Shown: positions 1-13,600 of the stretch, in pieces
Numbering within the stretch: position 1 is the stretch's first letter
Layout: each line of letters begins with the position of its first letter
Source: Paragordius varius
Lineage: Eukaryota; Animalia; Nematomorpha
Reading direction: 5' to 3'
DNA: 64,000 nucleotides
Assembly (NCBI GenBank): GCA_964247055.1
Contig: OZ176054.1
Location: 7,378,001-7,442,000 of the forward strand
Notes under the pieces: model-generated
What the model saw: only the letters and a program-made list of their open reading frames with translations
Told to the model about the DNA's origin: nothing
Databases searched by the model: none
Made by a program: the position numbers and the translations under genes

Positions 1-679
1 TATAGTTAGAATAATCTCCATTCAAAAGCTTCACTAACATTTTAGCAACCTTTATTTATATTTATTGATTATATCAGCTGTTTACTACAATTGATTGTTA
101 TCCCAAATTTGGACTCTCGAAGTATAAAAACTGCTTAAAAATATAAGCTTTTTTATGGAACCCTTTGAAACAGTAGTTTATTTACAAGTCTAAGCTCTGG
201 GCTATACAAAAATTATAATAAAGTGTTTAATACATCTATAAATTTAAGTTGGATTACTTCCACACGTGAAATTAATCACAGTTCCAACTCTAGACATGCC
301 TCGGCTTTATATAAATTTTGATTATGCATCATAACTAAATATAATTTAATATAATTTTGAACTGATTATGAAAGAAAACCTTCAAATAATTTGTTTGACT
401 AACACATATTAATATTGCATTAAGAATTAAAACCGATACCGCTTTCGGTTTCGTTAAGTAAAATTTATTGCCCATTTTTTTCCAATTTTATGACAAAAAA
501 GGCTTTGATCAAATCGTTTCAGTACCATTTTTCTAAAATAATGTATTTTCATTAATCCAGATATAATTATTTGCAATAAAATATATTTTAACAAAGTATA
601 CATATGATAAATGCAAAAATGTAAAACTTTTAAACAAAATAAAATACCATACTGCCTTTTTTAAGTTTACCTTCTACAG

Positions 680-819
680 GCCCAGCATGATTGTTTTCTC
701 CACTTTGTTATTGCGGATGACACGATAGTCACAAAAAAAGGAAAGGTTAAATTAAGTATTTTTATTGTATCAAGGACCATGCACCATATAATACTGACAA
801 ATACTGCATGGCTGGTTGA
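680..819 (+). CDS. Possible 3' exons of a gene entering from the left edge, product unknown
   Basis: ctacag|680-745 reads AQHDCFLHFVIADDTIVTKKGK|gt. A 29-nt gt..ag gap (746-774) follows, then 775-819 reads DHAPYNTDKYCMAG*. A further exon-like block lies at 899-958. No family recognised. Confidence 0.3.
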
Positions 820-2979
820 TAAATATATGCATATACATACCTTAAATGAGTTTATATAAAAATAAGTGATTAACTCTGGCTTAATAGAGTATTTTTAGGG
901 CAGCGGTGCGACTACCACCGGTAGAGGTTTTGACAAGATCGAAAAATCCTCACATTAGGTAAAAATAAATATTTTGGTTGAATCTAAATGATTCATTTAA
1001 GTTATTTGTCATTACATTATATACTAAAAGCATAACTGTAAGTATTAGTTTTGTATATCAGCTTTAAGAGTCACTTTAAATCCGTCAATATGGGCGAGTT
1101 TCCTAAAATGAAAAACGTAAGAAAGCCGAATGCATACTCTTATTTTGGTATATACCCTTTATTTTATATACGACCATTACAATATTCATTTCTTATAAAA
1201 TGAATTAGCATATTCTAGAAACCTACCGACAGTGTAAAATTTCATTTAATAATGAAAAATCTGCACACGGTGTTAGAAAACATCTATCACCTCTTATTTA
1301 TTTTATTCAACTAAATTTCTATGGAATCGTATATTTTCCTGCTCATTGCAGACATATTTTGGAATTCAAAGGGTTTCATCAAAAATTCTAGGGTTTATAG
1401 CGTATTCTATGATGCACAAATAAATGACGACACAATATCTATTTTCAAAAATGCAAAGTAGCCTTTTTTCCGTAAAACGAGTAGCCTTAGTCTAATATAA
1501 TAAAAAATATTGCCTTAGCATGTATGAGACTCTATTCTCACTGTTTTCACTGATCCTCCCATCTAAAAGTTTTTAAAATTAGCTATCAAAAGGTATACAT
1601 ATTCGAACAGGTCTTAATAATGGATACCAAACTTAGGCCAAATAAGTTCTAACATGATGAGTTTGCTAATATCAACCAATAATTTGCTGTAACTTTCCTA
1701 AATGAAGCGTGAAAACACTCTATCTTAAGAATCTTGATATATTTTACTATCTAAATACATGTATTCTCTCATAAATATATAGGTAGGACTGATTTCGTAT
1801 ATTGTAGAGACATAAAGTATTTTGATTAAAATAATTTGAATTAAAAAAAATCCATTCTAAGCCCTTATAAAAAAATAAAATCTTGATAACTAATTATAAT
1901 CTCAAACATTAATGCACCATTTTTTTCAATTTTTATTATTAAATTTAAAAAATATATTTTATGGTGGGAAGCAGGATTGTTTCTGGCGATATTTTGTACG
2001 ATCCACTTAAAATTTGTAAAATTACCATATAAAAAATACACAAAAATTGCTATTCATAAATAATCTAAGCAATTGATATTTCTTAAACGATTTATGAATA
2101 AAGATATCCAAATGCCACCAACTAGCATAATTTGATGATATAAATATTTTTTATATTGTGTTAGTACTTTCTATAAAAATGTTTTACACCATTTACAACA
2201 TAAAAAACTATTTATTTCACAAATTTTGCTAGTTCGTTGCCAAAATTTGGATATCTTTATTAATATTGTTAAGATTTTTTATGAATCAATATTTTTGCGA
2301 AGTATCTATTTTTATTTGGCAATTTTACAAATCTTTTAATGGCCGCATGAAATATCTCGGAAAGCAGCAGTCACCTCTGTTTCACACCATAAAAATTTAT
2401 TTGACAGTTTAATTGTGATAAAAAAATTAAAAAAATATGGCTAAAGGTTTGAGACATTTAACGTTTTGTACGCGATGTCATTTTAGAGTAATTTTCTACC
2501 GCAGAGGTTAAAGCAGTAATCAAACTACTGTTTTGAAAGTTGTTTTGGTTAAAAAATTATCAAGCCCTTTTCTTCTGTATCAGATAAAAACTTAAAATTT
2601 TACAGTTTTTAACTTGTTAGACTCCCTAATTCAGATCGCTTCAAAAAACGATTGAAACTAAGATTTGATATTAAAATGAATAAATATCAATAATCGCAAG
2701 TAAATTGTAATTTAAAAGCTTTCCTTCCCGTGTTAATTATTTATATTTTTTAACCATAATATACATTTAATGGCCTGTTATTCAGCGATTTATAGAAAAA
2801 AATTATATTCGGGTATAGGTGAGTGGTACTTAACAGAAAAATTAAAGTGCGTCTTTTTTTATCTCAGGTCCATATGGGTAAAAATTTCATAGCTGTTTGA
2901 CACGTTGCCGATATTTACTTCAAATTAGTTTTAGATACACTAGTGACTATATCCAATTACAACTCAAGTAAACAAGTAA

Positions 2980-4250
2980 AGGGTGTAGCGTCGGAAGATC
3001 GTCGGCCACCTGCAGTCAAGGCAATCCCTACCCACCCGTAGCGCATTGAGCTTTAGAGCGGGGAGACTCATCGGAGGTTGGTATTGACGTTAGTATCTAC
3101 ATACATAAATGAATGCCTTTATGTTAGATGTGTTAATGTGAGTTAATATAGTTAATAAGCTATATATATATATCAAAAGAGATGTTATCGCCTTGTTAGG
3201 TAGGTAAAAGCAATATGTGAGTTTAAATAACCGTACACAAGGGTTTGATCCTTACTCCAAAAAGTAATGTCAAAGGTCTATGTCGGGTCAAATGTAGAGT
3301 TTATTTCAAGCTCTTATCTTTGGTGTGGAAGGGATTTTCTTCTGTTTCTAAATGAGTGTGGCCTTTTAGGTAGACCAATTTTGGAGATATTAGACATTAC
3401 AAGCGTCAACGTTACCCCTTCGTGCGATTATGTTTCAGTTGTACCTTCAAGCTAACCCGGGATAAAAGGTCGTTGACCTTGCTCTGAGCTAAGTCTCAAC
3501 TCCGACCAACAGAGATGTCGGAGATTGGTAACCAGCCCTGCTCAAATATCAGCGGCTCCGACATTGCTTCCCAGGATGTGGTCTCACAATGATTGGCTAC
3601 TAGTCTCGTCAGAGTCGCGTCTTGCATAATTTAGGCTTTCAGTAGTACATTTTGTTCGTGGGATATCTGTGGGAAGTAGTCCATATTATTAGCTAATTGT
3701 AATATAGGTGTTTACCATTAACAAATTTAGCTGTAAATACATCAATAACTGACTTTAACAGAGCGTTTAAAATAAAAGTTTATACCTTATCCAATGGGAA
3801 TTGACCTTAAAATACTACCAATTTCGCAATAGTACCATTCTATCTGGAGCAAAGTATCCGGTTCATATAAAAAGTTGAAGATTGATAATCAGCCCTCAAA
3901 TATCAGCGGTTCCGATGTCAGCGCCATATAGCAGGGAGTGAGTTTTGTGTTGGCCTCCAACGGGATAGGATTAGTAACTTTGGTGCGTTTCCTCGTTGTC
4001 AGGAGCTTAAAAGTGTTCGAGGCTTTCAGGGTATAATCCATATCGCGTTCATCAGTTCAGCTTCAAGAGCCTAGTTGGTCAGAGTAATTGAAGTTCTTTC
4101 GGTAAGTTTTAAGGATCGGAGTCATTGTTCGATTCTATCCTGGATAGAATTTCGCCATTGTTGTGTCAGCCGGTGCCACACATCAACGAAAAAATCCGGG
4201 TAGAATCACTTCACAAATAAATGATTATTGTTTAATATAATATTTACAAA
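2980..4250. mobile_element. GC-richer, stop-ridden island, probably a decayed retroelement or foreign coding fragment
   Basis: Visibly higher GC than the flanks. Broken coding-like frames on both strands: + strand LWCGRDFL..LLGRPILEIL is reminiscent of a retroelement protease C-terminus; - strand gives QDATLTRL..SEPLIFEQGW. No RT or integrase motif seen. Confidence 0.3.
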
Positions 4251-5412
4251 CAATCCATCAAACCCACTTGTTTTATATTTATAATAGTTTTTACCCAGTA
4301 TTTTTTCATTTTCCTTCAATTATTTTTTACCGGTTTTTCAAACTCTATATACCAGTTCGATATAACTTACCACTGTCAAGATCTCACTAATACGATCGAA
4401 ATATAAGTTATGAAAAATTTATTTGTTAATTATTAAAAATACGTCTGCCAATTTTTTTTTATTATTCTGAATCATTACGGAATCATTAAAAACTTCAATT
4501 AAGTACATCAATTTTTTTATAAATAAATCAGGGCTCTAAAAAGCACCTCTAGGGCCCTATGTTGCCCAAGCTGTTTTATCACTGTCTTAGAGTGGTCTTA
4601 TACCGTTTTCAGCAGGCAAAACACCATTAAACAAGGGCTATTAAGATTCTAAAATTTAAACAATTTTGCACTTTGCATTAATATTTTTTATCTCATAATC
4701 TATCATTTATTAAAAATCTAATCGGATATCGCATTCGTGCGTTTATTTGAACAAAATATCCCAGAAGGTAAAAATCTGAGATTTCGGAGCTCACATGTGA
4801 AATATAACTTAAAATATTATTTTGCTTTTACGTTGTGATTTAGTGATATTTTTGGAGTTAAATGCCAAAGCCAAAAGCACCATGAGAACACTTTTAATGA
4901 TTAGAATATATATTTAATCAATAAATATTTTCTTTCGTGCATTGCATAAAAAGTAAATTTAGTATATTTCTAAAAACTTTATCTACAGTCCTTCAATATT
5001 ATTTTTTTATAACTACTCAGTATTATGTAACGTTTGAATAAACAATAATCTGAAATATAAAAAATCAAGAACATCTTAACAATATGTTTAAGGATGAATA
5101 AGAGTTTTAAAAGATCAATAAATATCTAATAGTGTGTGCTTTTATATATGCACGGGTCGCGCTTTTTCTGAAAGTTTCATTAACAACAATTCAATTTAAA
5201 TCTTTTTATTATCAATCTTTATCGTTAAAACAGGTAGGCAAATTATCTTAACAAAAAGAGCCTTTTGACCCTAAGAAGACAATATAGATAAAAATATATT
5301 GTATTATTTATTGTTATAACAGTAGTTTATTAGATCACAATAATGGTCACAAAGGAGTGTAATTGAAATCATTAAGAATATAATTTTAATGAGATGTGGA
5401 TGGAACCGTAGT

Positions 5413-7399
5413 TCACTCTATGGATAGAGAATGTTGAATATATGAGGATAATAATATTAATAATAAAAACATTGCAAATAATACATTTTTATATATATAA
5501 ATAGTAAAATATATATAATGATATATAAATGCGTGCTTTTCCCTCCAATGTCCATTCAATGGAACTCCAAATCTAAAATAGAAGATTGAATGAAACGATG
5601 ATAGTATAAGGTTTATGTAGTAAAAATTATATGTCACTTAATATAATATTTATTAGTATGATCTTTTAAGCTTTATATATAATAAAATTTTATAAATAAC
5701 AATAAGGTATTACTTTTGTCAATGGCTTCCCCAATCGCATCGTTGTGCCAGCATCTACGCGTCAAAATAAAAAATTTCTTAAAATAATTTGGCTTATTAT
5801 TTCGAGGAATCGCATTAATTTGGGTATCCGGTTTTTTTGTGTTGTTGAATTTCACTTTTTCTGGGACTGGGTTGATTTCATTTATTCCTTCAAACACATT
5901 CTGATTTTCATCTCTGTTTGCTTTTGAAAGATTATATTTACCGGTTTGACACTTCAGTTTAGGCCAATGTAGGATTGGTTGAGTCCGTAAAATTGTAGGT
6001 TTAATCATTATTTCCGAAATATTATCTTCATGATGGATTAAACTCACTTTTTTCAGGAATACACAAGAATTGTTTTCCATTATTCCATCAAGGGTATTCT
6101 GACTTTCACCTCTGTTTGCTTTTGTAAGACTATATTTACCGGTTTTACACTTCAGTTTAGGCCAATGTAGGATTGGTTGAGTCCGTAAAATTGTAGGTTT
6201 AATTATTATTTCCGAAATATTATCTTCATGATGGATTAAACTCACTTTTTTCAGGAATACACAAGAATTGTTTTCCATTATTCCATCAAGGGTATTCTGA
6301 CTTTCACCTCTGTTTGCTTTTGTAAGACTATATTTACCGGTTTTACACTTCAGTTTAGGCCAATGTAGGATTGGTTGAGTCCGTAAAATTGTAGGTTTAA
6401 TTATTATTTCCGAAATATTATCTTCATGATGGATTAAACTCACTTTTTTCAGGAATACACAAGAATTGTTTTCCATTATTCCATCAAGGGTATTCTGACT
6501 TTCACCTCTGTTTGCTTTTGTAAGACTATATTTACCGGTTTTACACTTCAGTTTAGGCCAATGTAGGATTGGTTGAGTCCGTAAAATTGTAGGTTTAATT
6601 ATTATTTCCGAAATATTATCTTCATGATGGATTAAACTCACTTTTTTCAGGAATACACAAGAATTGTTTTCCATTATTCCATCAAGGGTATTCTGACTTT
6701 CACCTCTGTTTGCTTTTGTAAGACTATATTTACCGGTTTTACACTTCAGTTTAGGCCAATGTAGGATTGGTTGAGTCCGTAAAATTGTAGGTTTAATCAT
6801 TATTTCCGAAATATTATCTTCATGATGGATTAAACTCACTTTTTTCAGGAATACACAAGAATTGTTTTCCATTATTCCATCAAGGGTATTCTGACTTTCA
6901 CCTCTGTTTGCTTTTGTAAGACTATATTTACCGGTTTTACACTTCAGTTTAGGCCAATGTAGGATTGGTTGAGTCCGTAAAATTGTAGGTTTAATCCTTG
7001 TTTCCGAAATATTATCTTCATGATGGATTAAACCCACTTTTTTGAGGACTACATTAGGGTTATTTTCGTTTCTAGCAGACGAACATTTAGCAAACAAATC
7101 ACCATCCTTTTTCTCAAATTGGCAATCTAAATTATAGTTTATGAGTTAAGACATGCAATATATAATTCGAGAGTTTTTTTAAACATATTTTAAATTTAAA
7201 ATCTGTTACAATGACAGTTTATAAAGTTTTTTAATCATTAACTTTTCTAAACGTTTTTAATCCAAATAGAAAAAAAATATTAAAAGTCATTTATTTGGGA
7301 ATCTTTTAATCATTATTTACTTTTTTGAGGGGTTTCCTTTCCCTTCTTACACCCAACATTTTTCCCAAAGTCTCCAACGAAAAATAGTATATTTAGCAT
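5413..7399 (-). CDS. Tandem-repeat protein (6 x 66 aa) with hydrophobic C-terminus, about 571 aa, 3 exons
   Basis: Exons 7399-7321 (ATG, MLNILFFVG...), 7126-5714 and 5636-5413, joined by phase-1 GT-AG introns (7320-7127, 5713-5637). The model links track ORFs 5673-7097 and 5413-5637 in frame. Exon 1 is the least certain. Confidence 0.7.
5900..7050 (-). repeat. 198-bp coding tandem repeat, about 6 copies
   Basis: ccggttt(t/g)acacttcagtttaggcc recurs at 5941, 6139, 6337, 6535, 6733 and 6931. Internal copies differ by only a few bases. Confidence 0.97.
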
Positions 7400-7691
7400 A
7401 TTAACGATGACAATATGTGTAGAATGTAAAATATTTTGAAAAATTTATAAACTATGTTATATTTTGATTGTTGCATTTATACTCTATGTTTATATAATTA
7501 AACATCAAACTTGTGCTTTTAAAATATTACAACCTGATTTTAGACTCTTATAGATTTTTTGTGAGAATGTAAATATGGTTTAATTTTATAAATATAAGAT
7601 ACTGTTAACCCCAATATTTCCCTAAGAATGAAAAAATTTTTTGATTAAAGTTGAGTCTTGCAAACTATTTAGGTGCGAGCGATCAGGCATT

Positions 7692-10600
7692 ATGGATCTG
7701 TTTTATGAGTCTTTTAAGTAAAATATTTACACTTTTATGCTAATTTGCCATACACATTATTTACATGAAATTTTGATGCGCTTCAAAAAATATCAATGCC
7801 TACTGATTAAATATGATAGATTAATGCACTGATGAGTGAATGAATCACAGCTTTGTTAATAATCAACTTTTTGCTGGACTTCATGGACAAATCTTCTGTA
7901 GGCTAATCTGTCTGAATATTGATCCGATTGGAGATTATAAGGTGGATGTCATTCGATTGTTTTGACTCTTTTTCTGATTTTAAAACTTGCATATGCCTAT
8001 TTATCTATAAAAAAGTGAAATTAAAAATATTTTTTATTGAAAACCTCTCGGTCCCGAGATTCCGGTTTTTAAAATGGGACCAAAAACGTTTTTGGATTTT
8101 TGAGGTTCTGCGGCCTAAATAACAGCTAGTGGTTGGCTTTTAATCCTTAATGCAATCTAGATATTTTTTATTATATTAATGCATACGTTGTTTTAATATT
8201 TAATATAGTTTCGGTCCATATATTAAGTTTTTAATTTTAAACAAACTTAATCATTATCTCTGCTTAAAGTGAAACATTCTTTATAATTGAGTGTAGTATA
8301 ACAAATTACCAATAATTTTTCTTTAAAGTTTGAAGAAATGGTTTTTAATGATAATTGCCTAACCTATTTTTATTAACCACATGGTTAATTTTGCGGAATG
8401 CTCTAAGAATCATCTGTTAAAAATTTATGAATCAAAAGACCAATGAAAAAACGATTTCTAGAACCAGGGACCAAAATTATAATTTATTTAAAGTTTATTA
8501 TATTATAATTTAAAGAAAGTATGGGAGTCGGCACAAAAAATTTTACATGAAAACCCTAAAGCTTATATTATATCACCACATAACTTGGAATCGTTATTAA
8601 AATTTTTGAAAGCCATCTCAGTTTTGTTGGTATATGAATAAATATTTTTTTAGGAAGATTCAGCACAGTACAAAGATGACCCAAACGATCCTTTTTTCGA
8701 TTTTTTCTTAACACATGATATTTTACACACGTTATTTGCATGGGCCCTTGATAGCGGTCAAAATTTTGAACTCCTAAAGATCGCACAGCTTAAAATTTAC
8801 CAAATATTATTGGTGACATATCATCAAGTATAATTATTTTTATATGGCAAGAAAATTCTGATACATAAACCTATTCTTAGGCCTTTGCTGAAACTCATAA
8901 AGGCATGTAATAAGTATGGAATTAATAAAGAAGAAAATGGTTATATCTCATTATCGGCTGCTAAAAAGCTGGTTTTCATATTGAATGAGATTAGCGGCAT
9001 TTTTCATAGGGAACGGGGTTTATGGGATTTTTATGTGGCAATATCTAGCGAATCTTACAAATACCTTTTTGTTTCAACCCTAGTTAATTTGATTCAGGGT
9101 GAAAATGAAATTGGTATCTTATAATTATTTTTTAAGTAATTAAAGTATTTTTTAACTCAATTTTACTATTTTTATATTAACTTTTTCCAGGTCAATTGGC
9201 CAGAAATGCTTTATTGTTTTATACATGCCAATCTCAAGTAAATGAGGATCTAGCAAGATATTTAGAATTCGAATCCAATTTTAGCGCGGTAATCTTCATA
9301 ATAATTATATTAATATTTATATCAGATATAATTGTTTCAAACAGTTTCAAAAAATATTAAAATCTCTATCATTTAAATTAAATGCAATTATCTTAACTAA
9401 GATTGTTGCCTGTTTTATTAGATTTAGAATTTTTCAAAGTAACAAACATAAAAAATTTTTACCATGTTGCTAAAAATTGGGACAGATTTATAACAATGGA
9501 ATTATAATTATAATATATTTTTCAAAAAACAATGGAACTTAAATTAATTTTTAGGGGTGAAATACTCTTTGAAACCGAAATTATTTTGTTTGGAACCTTT
9601 TATAAAAATATAGGTGAGAACGGGAATTAGGTACAAAAATTAAAAACGGTTTTAGCTTTAATCTATGTATAAACCAATCTTATTAAATTTGATTTGCTGT
9701 TTACTTATTATGATAGATACAATATTACACGATCTTATAAATTTTTTATTCCGTGAAATACAGTAAAAATTGTTTTTATACGGACAAAACAGAAAAATAT
9801 AGAGGCAAATATTTTTTTAATAATACAAATATATTTTTAAACCGTTAGTATTCCCATATAAATTATTTGACTACAATAGTAGAATATGTGATTAATTATG
9901 TTAATACACAACTTCATTTATTACTTTGCCATTAATAATGATTCATATTAAATCAAGATTTGTAAAGTATGGTTGTCTTTTGAAAAAAAATATTTGCCTT
10001 TATATTAATACGTCTTGTCCGTATAATTTCGATTTTTACCGTAATCTTCATATTTATGCAATTTCGCATTTAGGTATCAACGACATCTTTGGCCTGTTTG
10101 TTTGCCAATTTACCGCGTGATTTGGGTTGGGGACCAGATCATCCTCACAGAATCTCAAAAGAAGCTCTTTTAGATATACCGGGATTGTTGGATTTACTCA
10201 ACTTTTTGCAGTTTTTGGATGTCGTTTTACAAGTTTTTAATGCCCTAAATAAAATTTTATTTTAAGTAGACATATTGTGATATAGTTGAAAAAAATAGTA
10301 TTCTTCGGCTATCAGCGATATTAATTTTTATTAAAACCTTTAAAGCCAAAAAAACTCGCTTTAATCACTTTGATGTTCATGTGCACAGGCTTAGCTTGCA
10401 TTATGGCGCCCCTCTCCCCCTTCATGCGACACCTTGCTTTTTTTAAAATCATCAAATTCAAACCGTGGTCTTGACCATTCTTAAGTGGGTGATTTTTTAT
10501 GTAGTATTTAAAATAATAATTTTAAAATATTTATTTTTTTGAAATAAAATTAAATTTTTTTAAAATTGGCTCCCCTTTAACTATGTCGCCCGGTGCATCA

Positions 10601-13600
10601 GACCACCCCCTTTTCCCCCTCTAGCTATGCCTCTGCTCATGCGTCAATAATTAATGAGAAAAGTCTATTTTTTCTCCTTGATATAATGATGACACAGACA
10701 AGTAAAGAAAATAAAATATATTATCTTACGAAACTTAGCCGAAAAATTGAATTTAACAATATCTTATGTTCAAATATTTTTAAATAGCGTATAAATCCTT
10801 CCATCGGTTCTCAATTAACAACTATGCTGTTTGATGGATTTCTCTCACCAGTCGTTTATCAACAACTCTTACAGGTTTGTCCTTTTAAATAATTTTGATG
10901 CTATTTGAAAATTATGTTTTACATATATAGCTATTTATTTTCAATTATAATAGCATAAACAATAATTTTATATTATATCTGATAATTATACTTAAAGCAT
11001 GGAATTTAAAATGATTTAATTTTTGGTTGTTTGTTTTTAGAAAGTTTTGTGAAAACTAAGCGCTATAAAGCACTAAAACCACTATTGAAAGCTCAATTAC
11101 TGAAACCGGTTTATATAGTTACACTTATATTTTTAGAATGTAATAAAATATAATTTCCAATATAGTAAAATGTTATGTATTTTTTCATCTTATAAATTGG
11201 ATAATATTATATTTTGCCATCACTTTAACCTTATATCAATTTTCTTATGTGGGATAGTGAACCCAAAAAATTAAAACAAAATTTTAAAATAGGGAATGAT
11301 TTTACGCTCTAATTTAAAGTATACTATATTTAAATAATTTTTCGCCCAATACTCTATTATCTGTCTTTATATTATTTTTATTAATATTATGAGAATTTAT
11401 ATCTGACCTCTACATAAATTTGTAGGATGTTCAAAATGCTTTGGGAGAGGTAATTACTAGCACTGCCTATCTTGAAATTATGATTCGACATATTCGACAT
11501 CCTGATATGGTCAAAACGTTTCTACAAATGCTAATGACTGGTATTGATTTAGTTTTATTTGCAGTTTTTTTTTAAATTATACAAAAATATTTTATTAAGA
11601 TGGCCGAAATCTCTAAATTATATTTTACATTTTTTCCGTAGGAGCCAATAAGCTGATTTTATTGTTTGTTTTTACGGTTATAAATGATAAAAAAAATATT
11701 TTTTCTTTTTATAAAAAAATGCATTAAGATAACCAGGTAAAAAATTATGAATATACGAGATTTTTCAGAGATTATAAGAATTTAATAATAATATATACGA
11801 ACAAAACATGATTTTTTTGAAGGATGTTTTTTTATAATAGGTCAATTTTTAACATAATTTATTTAATGTTTTTATATATTATTAAGGCTCACCATGTCTT
11901 TTGGATATCATGATTGGGCGATTAGACACAAATCTTGGAGGAGAACAGGTATATCTTTACCCTTATTTTATATTTAAATTCGGATTTTTTTATCCTTTAA
12001 TTTAATAATTTTTATTTCTTTTATCATTTACAGCTGGCTATGGCAAATCTCCAATGTTTACACACATTAGTAGATTTGAACTGTGAAGATATAATGATGT
12101 ATTTATGCTTCAGGTAAATTTTTTATAAAATTTATATTTATAAATAGTTTAATACAATTTTTTTAAAAAAAGAACCAAGTAATTATCAATTTTGTATAAA
12201 TATAGGCCTATAAAATTATATTTATAAAATATCCGCTTTTTCCTCGTAGAGAACTATAGAAAAATATTTTTTATGCATTTGGTAATTGTTTGTTAAATTC
12301 ACAAATTATTGAGTTGACAAATTTTATCTTAGAATCTGATTGATTTTTACCTTAATAAATTTTTTGAACGCTTAGATAAATTATTTCATTTATTTTTTAT
12401 TTTTTCCCTATATGAAAGAAAAAATGGCCACGAAATAGAATCAAACCTTTTTTTCGCATATGGCCATCAAAAAACGGAAAAGTTATTTTGATTGGAGAAA
12501 TATTACTTTATAATATAAATGCAAAAAAATTTACGACAAAGTTTATTATAATAATAGAAATAGGAAAAATATGTGTTTATTTTCAAAATAAATTTTTTAA
12601 ATATACATTAATAATTTCAATTTAATTTTTATTTTACATGCTTTTGAATACAAATAAAATTTTTAAACGGATCAAACTAAAGTTAGAACAAACTATTGAA
12701 AGTAGAAGATTTTATTTGTCTTGATGAATGAAAATATTTAAATTGTTTCTTTATTGTTAAATGGTAATGCTCTCAAATAATTGTTATGGCCACTTTATAA
12801 AGATGATAGAGCAAAAATCCAATTACCCTTTGAGAGTGTGATAGGAAATTTCAAAATCGAGAAAATTTCTCTATTATTTAATACTATTGAAAAACGGTCG
12901 CACTCTATATATGTTGTGTTTAAATAACCAATGAATTTTTTAAACAAAACAACACTTTATTTTTATATTGGTTTAAAGAGGAAGCACTGTGTGTAATAAA
13001 AACTAAAAAATGCCACTAAATATTCATACATCTTGATGATGACAGAGTAGTTTGAAAATTAAAATATTAATTTTTATAAAATTTTAACGTTACATTTTTT
13101 TTGAAAACAGATATTTGATACCATGCAATCACCTTCAAACTCCATTTATCACCACCGATATTGATATGCTAAGAAATGATGGATCTGATGCCAAATCCTT
13201 TTTATTATTATCTAATAAACTTTTGCACGGTGTCACCGCTTGTAAGGAAGAAAATGTTGATATAAATTATGTAATTAATCTTTTTTTTCTTTGATACTGC
13301 TGTTAGCCTGTAATAATTTTTTAACATTTATTAGTGATAAGGGGCAAAATATAATGAATGTTAATTTTATTTGTTAAATTTCCCTTATTTTTATGTAAGC
13401 CCAGATTAGGGTTGTTTTATGTGTTCAATTCTATGTCAATTTTTACAACCCATTCCAAAGATGTTGTCTTTATGTATTAAGAAAATAGTTGTCCTCTGTA
13501 AAGTCTTTTGAATATTTTAATTTTTTAATTGCGACTCATTTAAAAACTTATCGATTTTTACGTTTACCATAACAATTGCATATATTTTTTAAAATATAAA

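Noticed and set aside
5745-5927. Shadow ORFs (also 8568, 17438, 25622, 40719, 40901, 54116, 54335, 59682)
   Set aside because: They overlap well-supported exons on the opposite strand or in another frame.
7829-7848. CTGATGA followed by a GTGA/TCAC hairpin, hammerhead-like
   Set aside because: The required GAAA after stem II is missing (agct follows), and no stem I or III is evident.
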